Below are positions 56,867-64,000 of a stretch of DNA of 64,000 bases, in pieces (within the stretch, counting starts at the first letter, position 1; each line of letters opens with the position of its first letter). The stretch covers positions 61,504,001 to 61,568,000 of the forward strand of contig OZ024743.1 of NCBI GenBank assembly GCA_964016885.1. The letters run 5' to 3'. Source of the DNA: Eledone cirrhosa. Taxonomy: Eukaryota. The notes under the pieces are model-generated. The model was given only the letters and a program-made list of their open reading frames with translations, was not told the DNA's origin and did no database searches. Position numbers and translations under genes: made by a program.

Positions 56867-59800
56867 ATGCCCCCCCAAAAAAGAGATGCTCACTTGGTCG
56901 TAAAACGGTGTCTGCAGCTAAAAAGAAAAGAAGACGGTTGAATGAGTCGCAGGAGGAAACTGAATTGCAATTGTCACAAAGTGCTTTACGTTCAGCAAAT
57001 AGAAGAGCTGCTGAAACCGACGACCAGCGTAGTGAGCGTCTAGCCAGCAATACATCTTACTATACTTCGTCGCGTGCTAAGCTTAGGGATTTAGACCGTT
57101 CTATACGTAATTCCCGGAATGCTCTGGCTTCTGCCGCTGCTAGGGCTACCGAAAATGAACAGCAAAAATCAATTCGTAATTCCAGTAATGCTGTGGCTAC
57201 TGTCGCTGCTAGAGCCGAAGAATCACAAAACAATCGTAGTATTAGACTAGAAAAGAACAATCGGCGCAAAGAAACTGCCCGGGGCATAAAAAGTCCAAAC
57301 AATTCATATTGGCTTTTAAAAGCTTTTAATTATGATCCAACACTTAACCTCTCAATGCGGTCTGACATCCAGACTGGGAATATGAGTTTAACTTGCAAGT
57401 TCTGTAGTTCAAATAAGTGGGCTGGAGAATCACCTGGAATGTGCTGCTCCAATGGCAAGGTTAATTTACTCCCCCTAGAGGACGCACCGCAGCCTTTGAA
57501 AGAACTTCTTACTGGCACAACTCCTAGGTCAAAAGATTTTCTTGAACTCATCAAAAAGTACAATTGTGCCATTCAGATGATCTCTTTCGGGGCACGCGTT
57601 GTCAAAGAAGAAGGGTGGATGCCCACATTTAAAATTCAGGGACAGATATAACATCTAATTGGATCACTCGAGCCTCAAGAAACGGAAAAGTCCGCGTTTC
57701 TCCAAATCTACTTTATAACTGACTAAATTAGACAGGCTGACATGCGTATTTCTATTATTCCTAAGTCGAACGGCGAGAAAAGTAAATCTGTTGACTAAGA
57801 CATACTTCTCGGTCTTCAACGCATGCTTCATGAAAACAACAGCTACGCCCAGAGCTTCAAATATGCCTTGGAATCAACACCTGTACCCAACTTCAACATC
57901 GTTATTGATGCATACTCACCGATATAACGCCCCCGCATGCAATGAAGTAGCCGTTGTTCTCCATGGAGATCAGCATAAAAAAGGGACATTGTCATTAAAA
58001 GTCGGGACGATACGCTGCAGAGGATTTGTGAAACGCATCGGTCATACGACAGCCTACCATATCCACTGCCTTTTGTTTATGGGGAAGACGGATAACATTT
58101 CGGTATTCCTCAAAGCAAGTCAAACAATTCTGACGGGACGTCAAACAATCCTGACGAGACGTTAAACAATCCTGACGAGACGTCAAACAATCCTGACGAG
58201 ACGTCAAATAAAATCGTATCCTGTATGGATTTTTATTCCTACCGCTTCATGATCAGACAGAATAGTTTTAATCATATTCATTGATCATGAGATCTTTTCC
58301 ATCAGTTTGCAGTTGATATGGCTGCAAAAATGGAGTCTAAAAGGTTATGCTTCATTCAGACGCATCAGAAACAGTTGCATTCTGAATTTTACATTCACCT
58401 CCGTGATGGCATAAGGAATGATGCACATCTGCGGAACCTTGGAAAGGTTTGTATCCTTCCCTCTAACTACGTTGGGGGGCCCCGATACGTGCACGAAAGA
58501 ACCCAGGATGCCATGACGTTTGTGCGCCATTATGGTCACCCAGATCTGTTCATTACATTCACGTGTAATCCGAAATCGGTTGAGATAACCCGTGAATTTT
58601 TTCCTGGGCAAAATTATTCGAACAGACATGACCTCATTGCCAGAGTGTTCAGACTGAAACTGACTAAACTCATGGCTTTAATCAAAAAGGGTCAGGTATT
58701 TGGGGCTGTAAAATGTGACATGTTCACCGTCGAATGGCAAAAACGAGGGCTGCTCACATTTTGATTTGGTTAGCTGATAAAATCAATTCAAATCCCATAG
58801 ACAGTTTCATTTCAGCTGAAATCCCTAACCCAGCAACTGACCAGGAATTACATGACATCGTCAAAGCTAACATATTCATGGTCCGTGTGTGTCGGGTCCT
58901 ACTGAGCATCACACGTGTCTGAAAGGGGGGGGGGGGGTCGTGCAGAAAGGGATACCCAAAAAAATTTGTTGACCAGACTCAGACTGGTGGCGATGGGTAC
59001 TCCCTGTACAGGCGGAGACGGCCCTAGAACGGTGGCTTCACCACAACAGAAAAGGGAGGTCATGTCGACAATAGATGGGAAGTCCCTTACTGCCCGCTTC
59101 TCTTGAAGATGTTCAACGCCCACATCAACGTTGAGTTTTGCAACTCCGTCAAGTCTATAAAATACATATGCAAATATGTAAATAAGGGCTCTGATGCCGC
59201 AATGTTTGCATTTCAAGCTGAAAATAGCAGGGACGAGATCACAGAATACCTGGCGGGGCGGTACATCAGTAGCAATGAAACTTTTTGGCGCTTATTTGGT
59301 TTCCCCCCTACACCAACGGCACCCCGCCATCGTACAGCTTGCGGTACATTTGGAAAATGGGCAAAGGGTTTACTTTACGGACCAAACCGCCGCCAAGCTG
59401 GTTGCCGATCCGAAAGAGACCACTCTGACAGGTTTCTTCAAACTTTGCCAGTTCGATACATTTGCGCAAACAATTGTGCACCCCCAGGTTCCATCCGACT
59501 TTATATGGTCGAAAAACACTTGGGTGCGAAGAAAGTCAGGTCAGGCTGTTGAAAGACATCCTGGTGTAAAATTTGACAGCTGTCTTGGAAGGGTTTACAC
59601 TGTGCCCCCAAGTCAGCATGAGTGCTTTCATCTCCGCCTTCTTCTGCATGAAGTTGTAGGCCCACAAAGTTTTCAGGACCTCAAAACTGTTGATGTAGAA
59701 ATATCTGATACGTACCGGGAAGCCTGCTTTAAACGTGGTCTTTTGGAAGATGATTCGCAATGGGATTCCACTTTAGCAGAGGGTGCTTTGATGAAATCAC

Positions 59801-61512
59801 CTAAAGGTCTACGGGAACTCTTTGTCATTTTGCTTCAAAAGTGTGAATTGGATGATCCCAAATCTTTATGAGTCAAGTACAGAGACTTCATGTCTGAGGA
59901 TTCCTGCACCTGGCTCACCTGCAGTATCCTTCAGTGGAAGTTGCTTACAGCGACATTATCTACAACAGGGCACTCATTGATATCGAGGACGCCCTCCTTG
60001 ACATGGGTGGGAGTGAGTTGGCGACGTATGGCTTGCCGTCAACCGTCAGAGATGAAGCTAACACGTTGGCTCCGGATTTGTTGCGGGAAACAGCATATGA
60101 CATCGAATCTATTTCCCAATACTTAGAGGAAAAGGAGCCCAAACTTCTGTCGGACCAAAGGTTGGCCTATTTAACTATCATTGACGCGCTTCAAAATCAG
60201 ACTGGGGGTATTTACTTTCTCGATGCTCCTGGAGGTACCAGAAAAACTTTTGTAACAAAATTTATTCTCGCTAAGATTCGTCAGGAGAAAAAATTGTGTT
60301 GGCCGTTGCATCGTCCGGGATCGCTGCTACTTTGCTGCCGGGAGGCAGGACAGCACATTCAACCTTTAAACTCCCCTTGGATTTAGTAAAAACTGAGACA
60401 CCAACATACAATATCAGCAAGAGTTCACACGAAACTCTCGTTCTCAAAATATGTTGCCTCATTGTTTAGGATTAGTGCGCAATGGCACACAAGGGTGCTC
60501 TTGAGGCATTGGACAGGACCCTGAAAGACATTAGGGATTATACGACTCCTATGGGTGGCGTAACCCTTCTGCTATCAGGGGATTTCCGGCAAACGCTGCC
60601 TGTCATCTCCAAATGGACGACAAAAGCTGATGAAGTAGTGCGTGCCTGCCTTAATTCGTCCATGTTGTGGCCCCAGGTGAAGACTTTGTACATGAGCACA
60701 AATATGCGTGCTCATTTGCATGGTGACAACATGTCTGCAGCATTTGCTCAGAACATTTTAGCACTTGGTGAGACCAAGGTCCCTGTGGATGACAAGGGCG
60801 GCATAGCAATCGACTCTCTGTGCAACATTGTGAGCAGCCCCTCTGACCTTTGGGAAGCAGTTTTTCCTAATGTCTCATGTAATTTAAAACCTTCGATTGG
60901 CTCAGCGAAAGAGCCATCCTTGCTCCAAAAAATGCCATGGTTAATTTTATTAACGAGCAGCTGATTAAGAAGATTCCCGGTAAAGAGCACATCTTCAAAT
61001 CTATCGACCGGACGTCAGATCCCGACGATGTTGTTAATTATGCGGTTGAGTTATTAAATTCCCTTGAGCCCCCAGGGTTCCCTCCTCACATTCTTAAGCT
61101 TGGGGTGGGCTGTCTCATTATGCTAATAAGGAACTTGCGTCCACCAAAGCACTGCAATGGTACTCGCATGGTCGTCAAGTCACTGACGCCCCACTTGATT
61201 GAGTCCACTATTGTAACGGGGTGCGGGAGAGGGGAGAATGTTTTCATTCCAAGGACGAAGCGTTTGCCCTTGGCGTCAGATATCCCGTTCGATTTCCAGT
61301 GATCCCAATTCCCGATGAGACCATGTTTTGCTATGTCCATTAACAAGTCACAAGGGCAAACATTGTCGCTGGCGGGCATCCATTTGGGGGAGCCATGCTT
61401 CCCCCATGGCCAACTTTATGTTGCCTGTTCCCGCGTAGGGAGCAGGAATGCACTTTTTGCCTACACTACTCAAGGGATTACACGCAATATCGTCTACAAA
61501 GAGGTGCTATAG
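56867..61512 (+). mobile_element. Helitron Rep-Pif1 helicase (RepHel), frameshifted pseudogene
   Basis: Zn finger CKFC..MCCSNGKV; PDLFITFTCNP; HUH EWQKRGL/AHILIW; KYICKYVNKG; DAPGGTRKT; GDFRQTLPV; CNGTR; AMSINKSQGQT; HGQLYVACSRV. Confidence 0.95.
58119..58208. repeat. 21-bp tandem repeat x4 inside the Helitron ORF
   Basis: Units gtcaaacaatcctgacgagac with no spacers. Confidence 0.85.
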
Positions 61513-63217
61513 ATGTTGGTGCAGGTGTTGGAGGTGTTGGAGCTATGACATCTGGAAAACTATTTCCTGGTAGGGTAACCCATGGCGGACAGATATGACA
61601 CCCAGCGGCATCAGGGCCACCCTCTTGCAACTTTGGACTGCTAAAATCCAAGAAGTGTCTGAACCGGTAACCAGCGGCTTCTGGTCATCTTAGCCTCTGC
61701 GTCTGTGGACAATCTGCGGCAAGCTAGTATGGATAAACTCAACCAGCGTCTAGACCCTGGAGAAAGAGAATAACAACGTTGTCTAGCGCATGTGCCATCA
61801 CAAATCTTTTTTCCTGTTTCAAGATTGCTTATCCAAGTAGGGCGCCCTTCATTGGACGCTATCTGCCCTCGGCTATCTGGAGGCCACTATCTCTTCTTTG
61901 TTATTGCTTAACATTAATTCCCAGCTAACTAAGCATTGTGGCCGGCATTGCTCGGGGCTCGATTTAATTTATTGATTCAATAGAGAACTATGTACATTGC
62001 ACACATTACGACTATATCAGATTTTTATGAAATTTGTTATCACCACGATAACCAACAAGGTTTATTCTAAATCATAACACTATATTGTAAAGCTCAAAAT
62101 GTGGACGCTTTTGTCCTTCGACTTTGTTTCAACAGCTGGGGCCCTATTGGGCATGATTTTGAATAAGGTGATTTCTCTAATATATGCGCAAGATCCTTTA
62201 CCATTATGGATAGGTTTGAGTTTGCATTAGGCTTCTTAGTGTTCATTGTTGCAGACTACGATAAGAGGTTCCGAGATTTTGGTGTGAGATTATCCAGCTT
62301 AAATGAATGGAGAATCGATAAATGTAAATATAATATGAGTGAGTCAAATGAAACCAGACATAATTAAAAGTCCTCCTCCCATGACTGTGAGAAAGATTCG
62401 TTTATGTGTCAGAGAAATCGAGCGCATCCACGCAACTCTGACCTCTAGGTGGTTTCGTAAGAACTTTAGTGTTGTGTGGGACAGAACAGTGGTCAGTAGA
62501 TAAGAACATCTCTATACAACGCATCTTCATCACAGTTGAGGGGATCTTCCGTACTGTAACCCAGTTCGGCAGAGCTGTTAACACAGATGAGGGCCGTAAA
62601 TAAGTTCTTTGAGTATTCACTTGAGTGTGGTGTGGGACAGAACAGCGTCTCCTCTAACTTTTCTGGAAACAGTTGGCTTTTAATCAAATCTGTTTCATTT
62701 GAGTCATTCTGTGAATAACGCAGTTTATTTAGTTGGATATCTGACTTAAATACTCGGAACCTCCATCTCTCAAACAAGAGAATTTTTGTGTTTGTGTTTG
62801 TTAGCACGTAAAGAATACATCTGAAGAATTCAATTCGAGCAACGGACAAATGTCAGAATATCTAAAACTGAATAGGCACAAGTTACTTGAGTTGACTCAC
62901 GAAAACTCGAGCAATTCCGGGACTAACTATGCGCTTCAACAGTTTCCACTAATGGAGTTGCTGACCTGATTTTTGTATGAGCCTATAACCGCAAAAGAGG
63001 AACAAACGACTTACACTGAAGATCCTAGATGCGCAACAATATTTATTTATTGAAACGATCGTCCTCGAAGTCCAAAGCATAAATAGTACGGCATAGTTAC
63101 CAAGCCAAAAAGTATGTTACAGTTGAAACTTTACATAGCTACTGAACAAACCCGAGCACCGCTTGCTAAAATTTCCATAAAGATATATTAAAGTACTTCA
63201 AAATTCATTGGGCCTTA

Positions 63218-63264
63218 TGCTCCGATGATTCCAGATTTCCATCTGGAAGAAACAATTGTCAGCA
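63218..63264 (+). ncRNA. Type I hammerhead, CCGATGA core
   Basis: tgct-CCGATGA-ttccagat-ttcc-atctggaa-GAAA-caattg-TC^-agca. Confidence 0.8.
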
Positions 63265-63300
63265 AATAAATGTTCTAAACTAAAATGTTATCGTTTTAAC

Positions 63301-63392
<92 letters not shown>

Positions 63393-63410
63393 ATACAAAG
63401 TGTTAAAACA

Positions 63411-63735
63411 GGTAGATGAATAATAACAGGTAGACATCATAAAAAGGTAATATATTCCGAGTGCTTACAAGTGTTTCAACAGTAGTTATACAACCTAGTC
63501 ATGCAATGTACAAATTGGTAATTATTTGCAGAAACTCAATTTTCAAATGGTGCTTCTACCGTTTCTTCAGAGCAGAATGAAGAAACGGTAGAAGCACCAT
63601 TTGAAAATTGAGTTTCTGCAAATAATTACTAATTTGTACATAGCATGAATAGACTGTATAACTACTGTTGAAACGCTTGTATATACTCGGAATAAATTAC
63701 CTTTTTATGATGTCTACCTGTTATTATTCATTCTT
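63411..63735. repeat. ~160-bp-arm fold-back with an HHR at 63462-63574 on the minus strand
   Basis: Minus strand: tgct-CTGAAGA-aacggtag...ctactgtt-GAAA-cacttg-TA^-agca. Confidence 0.88.
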
Positions 63736-63881
63736 TATCTACACTCCGGAATACAGAAGCATCAGAAACTGAGTTTCTTCAACTATTCTTCCATATCTCG
63801 TTGAGTAACCCCTCACCGTACGTCAACTCTATCTAGTGTAGTAATTAACCATTACTGCATTCAGGATAATCCTAAGCATTT

Positions 63882-63929
<48 letters not shown>

Positions 63930-63935
63930 ATGTAT

Positions 63936-63997
<62 letters not shown>

Positions 63998-64000
63998 ATG

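Noticed and set aside
58119-58208. Regular 21-bp repeats as a CRISPR array
   Set aside because: No spacers, eukaryotic context, and located inside a Helitron ORF.
62402-62849. Short minus-strand ORFs
   Set aside because: No recognisable motif, so a product cannot be supported.

Overview
Eukaryotic, AT-rich, repeat-saturated DNA with no host gene that I can support. The SINE families and dense (TA)n/(CA)n tracts resemble a cephalopod (octopus-like) genome, which is an inference. The window holds several Penelope-like element (PLE) copies and fragments (RT + GIY-YIG), two decayed Helitrons, CR1-group, RTE, Tx1/L1 and R4/Dong-type LINEs, and tRNA-derived SINEs. The main hidden signal is RNA structure. 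Reading both strands by eye gives about 20 type-I hammerhead ribozyme (HHR) motifs, including family-wide non-canonical cores (CCGANGA, CAGAAGA, TTGAAGA). They sit in three settings: (i) ORF-less 0.3-0.65 kb monomers with terminal direct repeats (retrozyme-like), (ii) near-perfect fold-back palindromes, and (iii) PLE 3' UTRs. Most of these elements lie in or against (TA)n tracts. Two HDV-like ribozyme candidates sit at RTE-type 5' ends. All folds were paired by eye and not computed, and coordinates are approximate to a few bases.
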